The position numbers and the translations under genes are program-made. Positions 1 through 12,119 of a DNA stretch of 64,000 bases are shown one piece after another. Numbering within the stretch: the stretch's first letter is position 1; every line of letters starts with the position of its first letter. Location: assembly GCF_032191835.1 (NCBI RefSeq), contig NC_083239.1, forward strand, positions 22,382,001-22,446,000. The letters are read 5' to 3'. The notes below the pieces were generated by a model. The model was not told the origin of the DNA. It ran no database searches and saw only the letters and a list, made by a program, of their open reading frames with translations. This DNA comes from Heteronotia binoei. Its lineage: Eukaryota.

Positions 1-1158
1 TAGGCAATGGCAAATCACCTGTTTGTCTCCTACCTTGAAAACCCCATGAGGGGATTATTTTACGTTGGTTGTGACTTTGACAACACATTCCACCACCACC
101 AAATTTTCCCATACATACCATGACCTTATCACAAAACCACAAAATACACATTGCCATTATCCTGAGACTAGAAATCTCTTCAGCACCTTGGCTGACTAGC
201 AAATGTGGGGTTGAGAGGCACAGAATTACTGTGTACCTGCCTCCACACAGACCTCAATTGCTCCATGCTGCAGAGCCAAGAAACATGCACAGACTCTTTA
301 CTAAGGAGTTGGAAATGCAATAGCTTTTGCAGGTTTAAGTGAGACAGCAAGGCAAAGGAGGCCTTGCAGATAGGCAAAACCCCTTCAAAGCCAGACACAG
401 CAAGGAAAAGTAGTCCTAGATAGATAAAGCCTCTGTAAAGCTGCTGTGCTTCTGCCTACTCCTGGCCTTTAGATCAATTACAAAGTGAATCATTTTGCAA
501 ACTTGTACCTGCCCTGCCAAGGAAAACTACTCAGCTTCAGTGGAGCAAAGAGGAGTCACATGCATGACTGGGGTGGAGGGTACCAACCCATCTTGAGCTG
601 GAGAACTGAATGGCTCTCTAGTTAGCAGCTTTTCTTCCTCTGTTTAATAGGCAAAAGAACAATAACTATGATGGGTAGGTACCTGTGACAATTAGCAAGA
701 GGGCACTGTGTATCAGACTGCTACTTCTCTATATTGGCAGTCAAGTCCTTTATGGAGCTAGGATTTCACAGATCCCGCTTTCATACTTGCAGGCCGCAGC
801 TCTTATGCCCAGGTTGCATCCTCTTCCACTATCAACTGTTCTCCTTAGGCCTGTATCCCTTTCTTCCCACCCAAGGAATTTAGCCAAACTATCAGATTAA
901 ATCTTCAACTATGCCCCCCTCCACTTTCAGTTGTAGAAGGGTTAGTAAATCCAGTTCAGCTCCTGACACAAACGTAGGACCAACTCCTGATAAGTCAATC
1001 CCGCACACTCCAAAGAGTGTGCCACAATCAGAGACAAGTTGGACCAGTGAAACAAACAAGCCAAGTCTCCCACAGCAAAGGATGGCTGAAAATAAACTCA
1101 ACTCTTTTAAAGAATGCCAAAGAACAGAAATGTCATCTATTGCAGTGTCTACTGTAGG

Positions 1159-1688
1159 TGTCATGAGCCCTGATGAGGAGCTGGAAGGGTTAACAGACCT
1201 GGAAGAGTTGCCAGCCAGTTCCTCAGCTGAACAAACAGCAGCTGGCCCATCAATCACTCTCCAGGCACCAGTGTCAGCTGTTGACAATCAATCTCCTCCA
1301 AGCTTTCCTCCTCCCATCTCAAGAGTTTGAAGTAGGCTCCAGAAAGAACTTTCAGACGAAGACATGAGGGACACCGATGCTTCAGATCTCTCAGCCCTGA
1401 GTTCTAGCAGAGTCACTGCCACCCAGGGAGCAGGCTGATTGAGACTCCCATGTAGCTCCCACCCAGGACCTGGTAACCTTGTGGAAGCAACAAATATATT
1501 CTCTGGCTTCCATCCACGCTCCTTCCTGATTCCTGACCTGCTTGATTTCCTTGGCACCCTGACCTTTTGGACATTGACTTCTGATTCCAGTTTGTGATTC
1601 TGCATTGGTGACTTGGCTCCTGCTTGACTTCCTGGACGTTGACCTTGGACTGGCTTTGGACTCCTGCCTGCATCCTGAGAATGTGACA
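1159..1688 (+). mobile_element. Solo LTR, Gypsy-like (530 bp)
   Basis: TGTCA...TGACA termini with a perfect 5-bp TSD GTAGG at 1154-1158 and 1689-1693. Orientation is tentative. Confidence 0.85.
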
Positions 1689-1981
1689 GTAGGTCTCACC
1701 TCTTTTTCACTGCAACATAATATAGAACATCTGTTCTTCTTGAGATTGCTCCACCCTTCTACATCTACCTGTGTCTTTTGAATGTAAATCAGTGTTAAAA
1801 ATGTCCTCTCCCTAAAAGGAAACTTAAAAAAAAACACTATTAGAGTTCCCTTTTTCTAGTTTTTATTTCTATAACAGTATTTACTCGTTTCTTTTACCAT
1901 GGTTTGATTATAAGGCTTTCTAACTTTGAGATGCCATCATTATAAAATGGCCTTTTGAAGCCATCTATAAGTCATACTTGT

Positions 1982-2262
1982 AGGACTTGTGGCACAGAGT
2001 GGTAAGCTGCAGTACTGCAGTCCAAGCTCTGCTCACGACCCGAGTTCAGTCCTGGCAGAAGCTGGGTTCAAGTAGCCATCTCAAGGTTGACTCAGCCTTC
2101 CATCCTTCCGAGGTGGGTAAAATGAGTACCCAGCTTGCTGGGGCTAAAGTGTAAAAAGCAATGGTAAACCACCCCGTAAAAAGTCTGCTGTGAAAACATC
2201 GTGATGCCATGTCACTCCAGAGTCTGAAACAATTGGTGTTTGCACAGAGGACTACCTTTACA
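1982..2262 (+). mobile_element. Sauria-type tRNA-derived SINE
   Basis: tRNA-like head (tggcacagagtggtaagctgcagtactgc) and BovB-like tail. A near-identical copy lies at 54749-55043 and a partial minus-strand copy at about 49075-49200. Confidence 0.75.
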
Positions 2263-2399
2263 AGTCATACTATACTCCAGCAAAGAGCTGTTGTTAAGCA
2301 GCATGAAGTTTTCTTGCAAAGCCCACAAATTATAGGGAACATTCACCCAAAGAGTACTTTACACAAGGAATTCACCGCTGCAGGAAGTGGCGGTGGCTT

Positions 2400-2676
2400 C
2401 AAGCACAGACAGCTTCATGAAGGGATTGAATAAACATATGGAGCAGAGGTCCTTCAGTGGCTATTTGCCACAATGTAGAGAGGAAACACTATGTCTGGGA
2501 CATAGTCTCTGTATTCTTGGTGTTTGGGAGGGCAACAGTGGGAGGGTTTCTGGCGCTCCAGCTCCACTGGTGGGTTTCCTGATGGCACCTGGGGTTTTTT
2601 GGCCACTGTGTGACACAGAGTGCTGGACTGGATGGGCTACTGGACTGATGCAGCATGGCTTTTCTTATGTTCTTAA
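2400..2676 (+). mobile_element. CR1 LINE 3' end fragment
   Basis: Ends ...ggactgatgcagcatggcttttcttatgttctta. The same tail recurs at about 30665-30810 (minus) and about 63250-63460. Boundaries are approximate. Confidence 0.6.
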
Positions 2677-3533
2677 CATTCACATTTTTTATATTTTACA
2701 TATATTCAAGAACTTATTGCTCCTTATACAGGTGTATACAAGCATTGTTCAGTATTTACAAAGTCTTTTTTTAAAATGCAAACTTTTTTAAGCTATGCAT
2801 TTATCGAACAGAATAATGCAATCATATTAGAATGCGACTGTATTATTAACTTTCACTATATAAATGAAGTAATACTTTGCTTCTTGTCCCTGATGTATGT
2901 AGTAGGGTTACTCCTTCCTTTTGTTATATTCTTTAAGTGCCTTAAATATCAGAGTTTGCTAAATATTTAGTTCAATAAATGCTTTAAATATTAGCTTGTT
3001 ATATAAATATTTATGTAGTTATTCCTGATGAAGAAGATCCTGAAAATATCAGCATTGGGATATAATTTATTTTGGGGTTCTGTTTGAGGTTTTCCAGTTA
3101 ATCAATGATCAGGTTGTGAGCAGAGAGTTCTGGCAGTTTAGCCTGCAAAACTGTAGTTAAAGCTATGAAGAACTTAAAACCAAAATTAACACACTGTTGT
3201 TGGTCAAGCTGCTTAGAAACAGTGTGCAAAAGGACAGCAGATCTTGAACCACACACAGATGGACAGGTGAATAAACAAATGTTTATTTCAAAAAAAAACC
3301 CCCAGAATTTATCAAAATAGAACTAGAGGTACAGAAGCATAACCTATTAGAAATTTCAGAGAATTTTAATGTACAAAAAGACTAAGAAACTTTCTCCTTA
3401 AAAAAATACTGAAATCCCTGAAACACCAAAGAAGGCATAGCCAGCCAAGGAGGGATAGTGAAGCCCTGACTCAAGAGAGTAGATTTCAGTGAGGAACAAC
3501 CAGAACAAGGTCAGGGCACACTGCCAGTCCCAT

Positions 3534-3905
3534 TCATTTGCCCTTTGGCTTAAGAAACTCCTTCCTCCCCTTGTCTCGGCCACCAAAGGTGCGAACTCTG
3601 TGGATGAGCTGTAGCTGTTTCTCAATTGTGGTCCTGATATCCACATCATCAGGGATGTGGACGTAGCGAATGTTCCTTCCTGTCACAAAGAGGCTGTCCA
3701 TCCAGGAGGAGCAGCCATGCTGGTCTGTGAATGTTGCTTCAGCCAGGTGCACGTTCATGAAAGCGTCAACATTAGTGATGCGGCCCACAGCCACACTCTC
3801 GTTGCGCAGCTCCACTGTGGTGACCCGTCCATGGAGGCCCTGCAGCAGGATCACCAGACTGTTCTCAGAGATGGTGCGCTCCTTAACAGAGTGGCTGATC
3901 TCCAT
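3534..3905 (-). CDS. LSM10: U7 snRNP-specific Sm-like protein LSm10 (123 aa, single coding exon)
   Basis: [24 protein letters not shown]...[16 protein letters not shown] matches LSm10 with Sm1/Sm2 motifs. AATAAA on the minus strand at 3282-3287. Syntenic with OSCP1. Confidence 0.97.
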   Translation of the reverse strand: MEISHSVKERTISENSLVILLQGLHGRVTTVELRNESVAVGRITNVDAFMNVHLAEATFTDQHGCSSWMDSLFVTGRNIRYVHIPDDVDIRTTIEKQLQLIHRVRTFGGRDKGRKEFLKPKGK

Positions 3906-4949
3906 CTAATGGTTAGAGCAAAAACATCATGTCAAATTCAGTATCTGACATGCATCCAGAAGCATTACCATCCATGGCTGTAGAGATGCATCTTCCAAGT
4001 GTAGATTCTGGTGAAGGGCAAAGCAACAAGGACTTAAGATAACCTGTTTGGGAGCTGTTGAGATATGGGGGGCTGTTGTGGTTTTGTGTACCTTCATTTA
4101 ATGCATTGTGAGTGACAGCGCTGAGAATGGGTTGCAAGCAGTTAGAGCTAAGCAATACTGAAAGGCCCACCAAAAAGACTGAAGCAGGAAACAATTCTGG
4201 GCTTGCAAAGCTGCAAAAAAAATGAGGAATGGACTTTCCATTAAGGCTTATGGGCATTTACCAATAAACATTCAAACAACTGGGTGGATCAGCCAGAGAA
4301 AACAAATAAGAAAATAAGGGGCTGCTCAGCTAAGGACAATATATAAAGGGAAATCCTGTGAGGGAAAGAGAAATCTTCATAGATTGTTAGGGATTAAAGT
4401 TGGGTTCTGGGTTTGTAAACGTTGAAAATCACTGATATAAAGTGATATATAGGCTATATTCTTATAGTTTGGTAGGCTAAAAGAAATCCCACTGTGTTCA
4501 CCTTTCATCTCTTCCATTATCCTTCTTATTCTTACGTTCTGAATAAAACTAAGCTGGTCTTAAAGGTGCAATCGACTCCTATTTTGTTAAGATAACCCAG
4601 TAGATATCATGCCTGCTGGGACGTGAAACGTTGAGAACCAGGAGCCCCGGCACAGTTTGTAGCATTCAAGGTTCTGAATATTTCCTCAGTCTCCTCATGA
4701 ATGCTGCCAATCTCCAGGTGAGGTCTGGAGATCCCCCCCAAATTACACCAGACTACAGAGATCAATTCCCTTACAATAAACAGCTGCTATGATCTCTATG
4801 GCATTAGAACCTTCTGAGGTCCCTCCCCTCCCCAGGGTCCACCCTCAACCTAGAAGTGGCAGCCGTACTTTCCCAGGAACTAGCAGCCGCTTTGCCAACG
4901 AACACAAGCAGACCCAGTCTGCAAAGCTGAGCTTGTTTCGGCAGTGGCC

Positions 4950-5490
4950 AAACCACGAACCTGGGCTAAGCTTGCAGGCGGTAGCAGCGCCTCGGCCAGG
5001 GAAGCCTAAGAGCAGGCTGGTTTTGCGAGCTCAGCCCAAAGCCCGTTCAGGGGGCTCATTTCCGACAAGCGGCGTTGAAACGCCGCACCCGTCAGAAATA
5101 GGGATAGAGTGCCTCGGATGCTGGATGCTCCACCGAATGCTGTTAGCGCCACCGCCCTCTCCGCCTACCGACCTGCGCACGTTCTCAGCCCAGCAACATC
5201 CCAAGACCTCTCTCTCTCGACGGCACTGGGGAAAAGCCTGGACCCCGTACCACCGACTTCCGGCTTGAGCCCGCTTCCCGACCCCAGCCAAGTACAATTT
5301 CCGGGGTCAAAGCCCCACGCTCTTCAGCCTCTAACAGGCGGGGTTTAAGAATAACCGGTTGCTATGGGAGCCTCGAGACTCCACTTCCGCCCAGACTGGA
5401 TGCCTAGGCCGATACTGCGCCCCCTAGAGCATGAACCTTACTTGCGAAGGCTGCCTTTTACTGGGCAGGGGGCTCTCTACCGCCTTTCTC
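4950..5490 (-). promoter_or_regulatory. CpG island, likely LSM10 promoter and non-coding first exon
   Basis: CpG-rich, with ETS-like motifs ACTTCCGG (about 5255) and ACTTCCGC (about 5383). Candidate minus-strand donor GTAAGG near 5440. TSS not determined. Confidence 0.7.
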
Positions 5491-5649
5491 TGTAAGGTGG
5501 TCCCTGATAGAATACGAACAGGTTTTGGCAGTTCGGCAGATCTTTTGTTTAAATGAGGCAGAATACTAGGACTCCAATGCGATTGTGGTGCAGCCTACCA
5601 AACTATTTTCCAAATGTCATCCGGCTTTTCAGGGAGATGTGACTCATGT

Positions 5650-5863
5650 GGGGAGGGACGGTGGCTCAGTGGTAGAGCATCTGCTTGGTAAGCAGAAGGT
5701 CCCAGGTTCAATCCCTGGCATCTCCAACTAAAGAGGATCCAGGCAAATAGGCATGAAAAACCTCAGCTTGAGACCCTGGAGAGCCACTGCCAGTCTGAAT
5801 AGACAACATTGACTTTGATGGACTGAGGGTCTGATTCAGTATAAGGCAGCTCCATATGTTCAT
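5650..5863 (+). mobile_element. tRNA-derived SINE (Squam3-like)
   Basis: A/B-box head (ggtggctcagtggtagagc...ggttcaatccc). Homologous copies at about 45800-46008 (-), 47313-47519 (-), 60290-60515 (-) and 39680-39880 (+). Confidence 0.75.
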
Positions 5864-6683
5864 AGCTCTCTGAATTCTCCCCAGCAGCGACTGAGTGTAT
5901 TAAAAATCTAGACATTGGTATTTAGGAGGATTGTCCAATTGGTTTGCATATCATAATATTGACCTGGTTACATATATTATATTATTATATTCTTCCTGTG
6001 TGTAATTCTGTCATATGAGAGCGAGAGCTGTGTAAAGGCATAAAATAAATAAGCTTTCTGCTAAGGATGGTGAATCACAGGAGCCCTTGTAGGGACATTT
6101 TTGCTTCTCCTTTGTACCTGTCAAGTGAAGAGTGAATGTAAATGCCATTTGTTTCTCAACAAACCCATTGCATGAATGCTACCATCTGGAGCACCCTGGT
6201 TTGGGAGGAAGACTGACCCTTCCCATCCTGCATGGAAAAAGCTTTGCAGCCTTCAGTCACGTGCTCATGTGATGCTGCATCCTATGCCATGCTGGCACTC
6301 AGTTACCTTTTGGGATTCACTTTTGAAGCCTTGCATGGGGAAGGCAGGCCTCTCTACAGGTGTGTCCCTCAGCTGAGACCTGGGAGAGCTGCTGCCAGTC
6401 TGAGTAGTGGTTTCTGATGGCACTTCAAGTGGCTGCTGGGCCTTTTTGGTGGGGATGTCCTCAGTAGGGATCCCCTAGAGGGGCACATTTTATCTGGTTT
6501 TGAGGCAAGTGGTAAGGGCCATTTTGCCACAAGAAAATCTGGAGTTTATTTAGTCCACCCAGAAGCACCTTCCAAGACAGATGTGGAACCATGTGCCAAT
6601 ATAAAGCAAAGATATGGGATTGGAATGCGCTTAACATGTAGAGATGAACACATACAGTTGCCTGTCTCCAGGGGGGAGGGCTG

Positions 6684-7126
6684 TGTCAAGCATGGCTAAT
6701 TCTGATCAATAACTAATGGTTTTAGGGCCTGACTAAAAGCAGACCTGGGTAGGATCCCAGAGAATCAAATGTTGTTAGTTTATTATTCTTTCCTGGCTTT
6801 CCCCTTGCTTTATGACTGTTAATTAGAGGGAACAAAGCAATCAGCACCTTCCCATGAATTCTCCTCTGGGAGGATGAGCCATCTGGGCATTGCAAGGCCG
6901 AATGTCTGATAACGCCCTGGGAATGTATGTAGTTTTGATATTCTATGTGTGAACGCTCCCCTGCTTCCCCTCCTGTAGAAATCCCTTTGAAATGTGTCTT
7001 AAAAGTTGTGCATCAATGTATCGGTTTCATTCTTCTCAAGCAATGGCTTGAGCCAAAGAATCGATCTATCAATAAACGTAGTCTTTGTATCAATTTTGAC
7101 TCGTCATTGAACCCACATGCTTGACA
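6684..7126 (+). repeat. 5' LTR of the Gypsy element
   Basis: TGTCAAG...CTTGACA, AATAAA at 7071-7076. 18 substitutions versus the 3' LTR by my manual alignment. Confidence 0.95.
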
Positions 7127-7341
7127 TTTTGAGAATAATCCTTTTTGAAGCTTAATCGCCCTGGCAACTTTATAACCGAATAGCTGAAAAGATTCCAGGA
7201 GGCGGTGAGTTTCATGAACCTGAGGAAGGGGTGCCGTACCGTGGCATGTGCTGGATGCCCAGAGAGGACCAGGCTTGCCTCTCCAGATCCAACAGCTCCT
7301 GGTCACCCCGGCAGTGGCAGCCGTGGACCTCCACCACCACA

Positions 7342-8674
7342 ATGGACGAGGCCCCAGTGCGGAGAGAGGCCATCCTAACCAGACACATGCGCCGGGTGAA
7401 GATGGCCAACAAAGGGGGTGACAATCCGGGACCGGTGGAGCCGGAGATCGATACCATCGTGGTCGTTCCCCTGCCAGACGGCGATCCTGATCCGGGCGAG
7501 AGGGATCCGGATGCCCCGGCCCCAAAGGAGGAGGAAGACAAGGTGGCCTGCGAGTTCCGTGCGATGGTTCGCAAAGAGGTGGAGGACATCGCCAAGGGAC
7601 TGCGGGATGAAATGCAGGCGATGACCACTCAGATGGTGGGGGAGTTCACCAGGCAGATCAACTGAGTCCTGGGACTGCCCGGGCCCTGGAGGGCTCACCC
7701 ATCCCCTCTGGGCAGACAGCCGGCAGCCCCGGGGGCACCGGCCGCTCCACCACCTGCGGGACCAGCACCTAGGCTGGCAGCACCTCCAGTGCCCAGAGAA
7801 GGGGGCTGTGGGCGTGAATTGGATGCCACTTTTGATGGGGACCCAGAGGAGGTGGAAGACTTCACGATCCAGGCTAACAGCTACATGCACTACTGGGGGA
7901 ACACGTTCCCCAACGAATTCAGTTGAGTGGACTACCTGGGATCGAAACTGAAGGGGGCCGCCAAAAGATGGTACATGAGCCTGTACAAAGCCATGAGTCT
8001 GGAACTGGACTATGTTGCTACGTTCCTCCAGGCTTTGATGGCTCAGTATGAAGACCCCCTCCAAGAGACCCGGGCGTTGGTGGCCTTGCATGACATGCAG
8101 CAAGGGTCGAAGTCGATTTGAGAGTACGCTGCGGCGTTCCGGGCCAACGCCGCAGAAGTGAGAGGGTGGAGTGAGCTGATGAAAATCGAGCATTTCACCA
8201 GAGGGCTGAATACTGGCATCCTGGATTGAGCCCTTACCCAAGCCAGACCTGCTACGTTGGTGGGATGGATCCAATTGGCGGGTGAGGTCGAGACCAACAT
8301 GAAGTGGGTGGCCATGCAGCGCCAGCTCCAAAGCGGCAAGGTGAGCCAAGACCCAAAGACGGGGGCCAAACCAGAGGTGAAGAAAGCACAAGGGGGAGGC
8401 GGTGGTGGGAAGGCCGCAGGGCCCCGCAAGTGTTTTCGATGCGGGGACCCCAACCATCTGGCCAGCAATTGCCCCAACCCCCCCTCGGGTGCCTCCGAGT
8501 ACGTCCAAGCCCGGCACCCCAGTGCCGAAGAAAACACCGAGCCGCCCTAAGGAAGCGGCGAAAGGCAGCGTGGCAGCCGCAGGGGAACCGGAGGATGAAG
8601 CCCTCATTGCTGATGAGCTGAGTGAGCTGGTGTGGATGGATGAGCCGTTGGGAAACGAGGACGACCTGCTCTAA
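7342..8674 (+). pseudogene. Gypsy gag (retrotransposon capsid plus CCHC zinc knuckle), interrupted
   Basis: FDGDPEEVEDF...YLGSKLKGAAKRW capsid-like segment and CFRCGDPNHLASNC knuckle. TGA stops at 7663, 7924, 8119 and 8227, and a frameshift after the knuckle. The start codon could be 7342 or 7402. Confidence 0.9.
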
Positions 8675-11600
8675 AGGGTGCCAACCAGCAGGTCGCGAAG
8701 GAACCGGCACCACTCAGGGTGAGAGTAACGGGGTCACTGTATTTTGTACCAGTGAAACTATTGAACAGTAGACTCAAAAGATTTGTACAGGTGAAAGCCC
8801 TAATTGATTCCGGGTGCAATCGAGACTTAATCACCCCCAAACTGGTGGACGCCTTGGGGTTGGTCACCATGGCTCTGCCCTTCCCCATACAATTTGAACA
8901 AATGGACAGGTCAGTTATGCGGGGGGAGCCCTGTGTACTAGAGACTCAGTTGGTGCCTGTGGGGATCAAAGGGCATTGGGACCAAGAGACGTTTGTAATC
9001 ACCCCCTCATGTTCATACGATGTGGTCCTGGGGGTGGGATGGTTGGCTAAATATGAATCAAGCATCCGGTGGGGGGATCAAACTATAAAGTTTGTTGATC
9101 CACTGTGCAAGGCGCATCTTTGGAGTCTGGACTGGGACCTGTGACCTCCTCCTACGAAGGAGAAGGTCTGTTTGACTATGGAGGAGGTCTCAGCCATCCC
9201 TAAGGCCTACCAGGACTTAATGGGGGTGTTTAGTGAGCAGGGAGCGGACGAACTCCCCCCCCCCCCCCCACAGGAGCACCGACTGCGCTATCGAACTGAT
9301 ACCAGGGCAGTCGCTGCCTAAAGCTAAACTATACTCCATGGGCTGGGCAGAGAAAGTGGAGTTGCGGAAGTTCCTAGACAGGAATCTGAAACGGGGTTTT
9401 ATCAGACCGGTGACGGCCCCCCACGCCACCCCCGTTTTATTTAGGAAGAAGGACGGCATGCTCCGGCTTTGCACGGACTTTCGCGGGATTAATGGGATTT
9501 CGACCTCAAATGCCTATCCCATCCCCCTCATCAAAGACTTGTTAAGCACGGTGTCCGAAGGAAAGATTTTTACCAAACTGGACTTGAGGGATGCGTACTT
9601 TAGAGTACGTATAAAAGAGGGGGATGAATGGAAGATGGCTTTTAATACCCCTATGGGACAATTTGAGTATTTTGTGATGCCATTTGGACTGCAGGGAGCA
9701 CTGGGGGTGTTCATGAATTTTATCAATGATGTATTGTGGAAGTTTTTGTTCAAGGGGGTGGTGGTGTACCTGGATGACATCATTATTTATTCTCAGGATG
9801 AAAAGTCTCATGTAAAATTGGTGAGGGAGGTGTTAAGCACCTTATTGGAGCATAAGTTATACGCCAAACTGTCCAAGTGTGATTTCCACAAGACCGAATT
9901 AGATTACCTAGGGTTTCAGGTGTCAGCACAGGGGTTGGCTATGGATCCGGCAAAAGGTAGAAGCAGTATTGGATTGGGCTCCCCCGAGGACACGTAGACA
10001 ACTACAGTCTTTCCTCGGGTTCGCAAATATCTACAGAAACTTCATTGCGGGGTCCGCCCAAATCATGCTCCCCCTCACAGAGTTGTTAAAACGAGGGGGA
10101 AGGGACCCGAGGCAAAGAGACCGGGGGCCTGCCTAAATTGGACACCGAAATGCCAAGAGGCATTTGACAAACTCAAACGGCTATTTACTAGCGAACTGGT
10201 CTTGGCCACCCTAACGAGTTGCAGTCCTTCATTGTGCAATGTGACGCCTCCGACGTGGCCGTAGGAGCCATTCTCATGCAAAAAGACGAAGAGGGGAGGC
10301 TGAGACCCTGAGCATATATTTCCAAAAAGTTCTCGGCAGAACAGAGGAACTGGTCGGTGTGGGATAAAGAGGCGTTTGCTGTAACTTATGCTTTAAAAAC
10401 CTGGCGGTCGTGGAAGGGGCCAAAATCCCCTTCGAGATCTGGACGGCCCATAAGAATCTCGAAGCACTTACTGGCCGGAGAAAACTGAGCGAAAAGCAGA
10501 TTAGGTGGGTTGGGTTTTTCTCCAAGTTTGACTTTGTGCTAAAGCATATTCCAGGAACCAAGAATTTCTTGGCTGACGACCTTTCTCGCTTGCCACAGCA
10601 CAACAGCCAAAAGGAGGAGGTGGTAGACTCCTTGGTTCCCCCCTCCCAGGTAGCTGCTGTGGTGACAACATGGTCTAAAACCAAGCATAATCAGGAGGGG
10701 TGGGGAAAAGAACAGATGGCTTTAGAGACAGAAAAAAAGGGTGATGACCGACCGGGGGAAATTCAGAAGAAAGAGGATGGATTGTGGTATCGGGGGGAGA
10801 AGCTGTACGTCCCCAAAACCATGAGAGCAGAGGTCTTACTCAAACAAACTGGCCGGTCATTTTGCGAACATGAAGACACTCCATCTAATTAGTAGGCAGT
10901 TCTGGTGGCCATCCCTAAAAAAAGATGTATCCGAGTTTGTGGCCTCCTGCCCCATTTGCGTAATGGCGAAAAGCAGTGGGGGAAGCTACCTGGATTGCTA
11001 AAACCCCTAGAAACAGCTACACGACCCTGGTCAGTAGTCTCAATGGACTTTATTGTCGAACTGCCGCCGTCACAAGGCAAGACCATAATTCTGGTGGTAG
11101 TAGACACTTTCTCCAAACAAGCACACTTCATTCCTTGTGCGCAATTACCAACAGCTAAAAAGCTGGCCTATCTATTTTTCCATCACATTATTAAACTTCA
11201 CTCATTTCCGGATAAGGTGATTAGTGATAGGGGCCCACAATTCGTTGCCAACTTCTGGTGGGAGTTTTGCAAACTGTTAGGGATGGAGCAAGGATTGAGT
11301 TCCGCCTACCACCCTCAAACCGACGGGCAGACAGAATGTGTAAATGCCTTGTTGGAACAATACTTACGATGCTATATAAATCATCAGCAGTCAAATTGGG
11401 TGGACTTGCTCCCCTTCGCTGAGTATGGTTACAACAACAGCGTGCACAGCTCCACCAAAACCTCCCCATTCCAAATCGTAAACGAGTACGAAGGGAAACC
11501 CGTCGCGTCACTACCAGGGGGGGAACAAATAAAGGAACCCAGTTCATTCGAGCAATGGTGGGGAAAACTGAGTGAGGGTTGGAAAGGGATTCAAGAGAAC

Positions 11601-12102
11601 TTGGAGTCTACCAAGGAGGCGTACAAAAAACAGTACGACAAGTCACATGTGCCTGCTTGGGACTTCAAGGTGGGGGACTCAGTGTTCGTATCAACAAAAA
11701 AACCTTCCGTTGAATCAGCCCTCCAAAAAATTGGCTTATCGGTATCTAGGCCCCTTTAAAATCAAACATGTGATTAACTGAGTGACTGTAGAATTGGAAC
11801 GATCAAAAATGTTTAGTAAAGTACACCCTGTCTTTCATTGCAGTCTGCTGCGAAGAGACCCCAGTGCTTCTCTTTGGCACCCTCAACCGACAGCTCCGCA
11901 TCCTATCCAGATTGGGAATCGGAGTCACCATGAGGTCCAGGAGATTCTAGACTCCAAAATGAAACAGGGGACATTATATTATTTGATCAAATGGAAACAC
12001 TTCCCTCCTAGTGAAAATGAATGGGTGGCCCAAAAGGATGTATTAGCTCCAGATCTGGTCAATAAATTTCACAGAAAGTTTCCTCAGAGACCGCGGGGTT
12101 GA
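8650..12102 (+). pseudogene. Gypsy pol (protease, RT, RNase H, integrase, chromodomain), interrupted
   Basis: ALIDSGC (protease); LRLCTDFRGIN and YLDDIII (RT); CDASDVAVGAIL (RNase H); SMDFIVELP, ISDRGPQF and GQTECVN (integrase); YLGPFKI (GPY/F); C-terminal chromodomain. Several frameshifts and stops. Confidence 0.93.
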
Positions 12103-12119
12103 ATTTGGGGGAGGCAATA

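Noticed and set aside
911-1330. 139-aa Ser/Pro/Thr-rich ORF and overlapping 892..1287(-)
   Set aside because: It crosses the solo-LTR boundary at 1159, has no recognisable domain and no splice support, so it is a chance chimera.
5650-5725. tRNA-like sequence
   Set aside because: It continues into a SINE body repeated several times in the window, so it is not a tRNA gene.
7375-8607. 410-aa antisense ORF over gag
   Set aside because: It is in codon register with the GC-rich gag frame, a typical shadow ORF. It has no motifs or promoter evidence.
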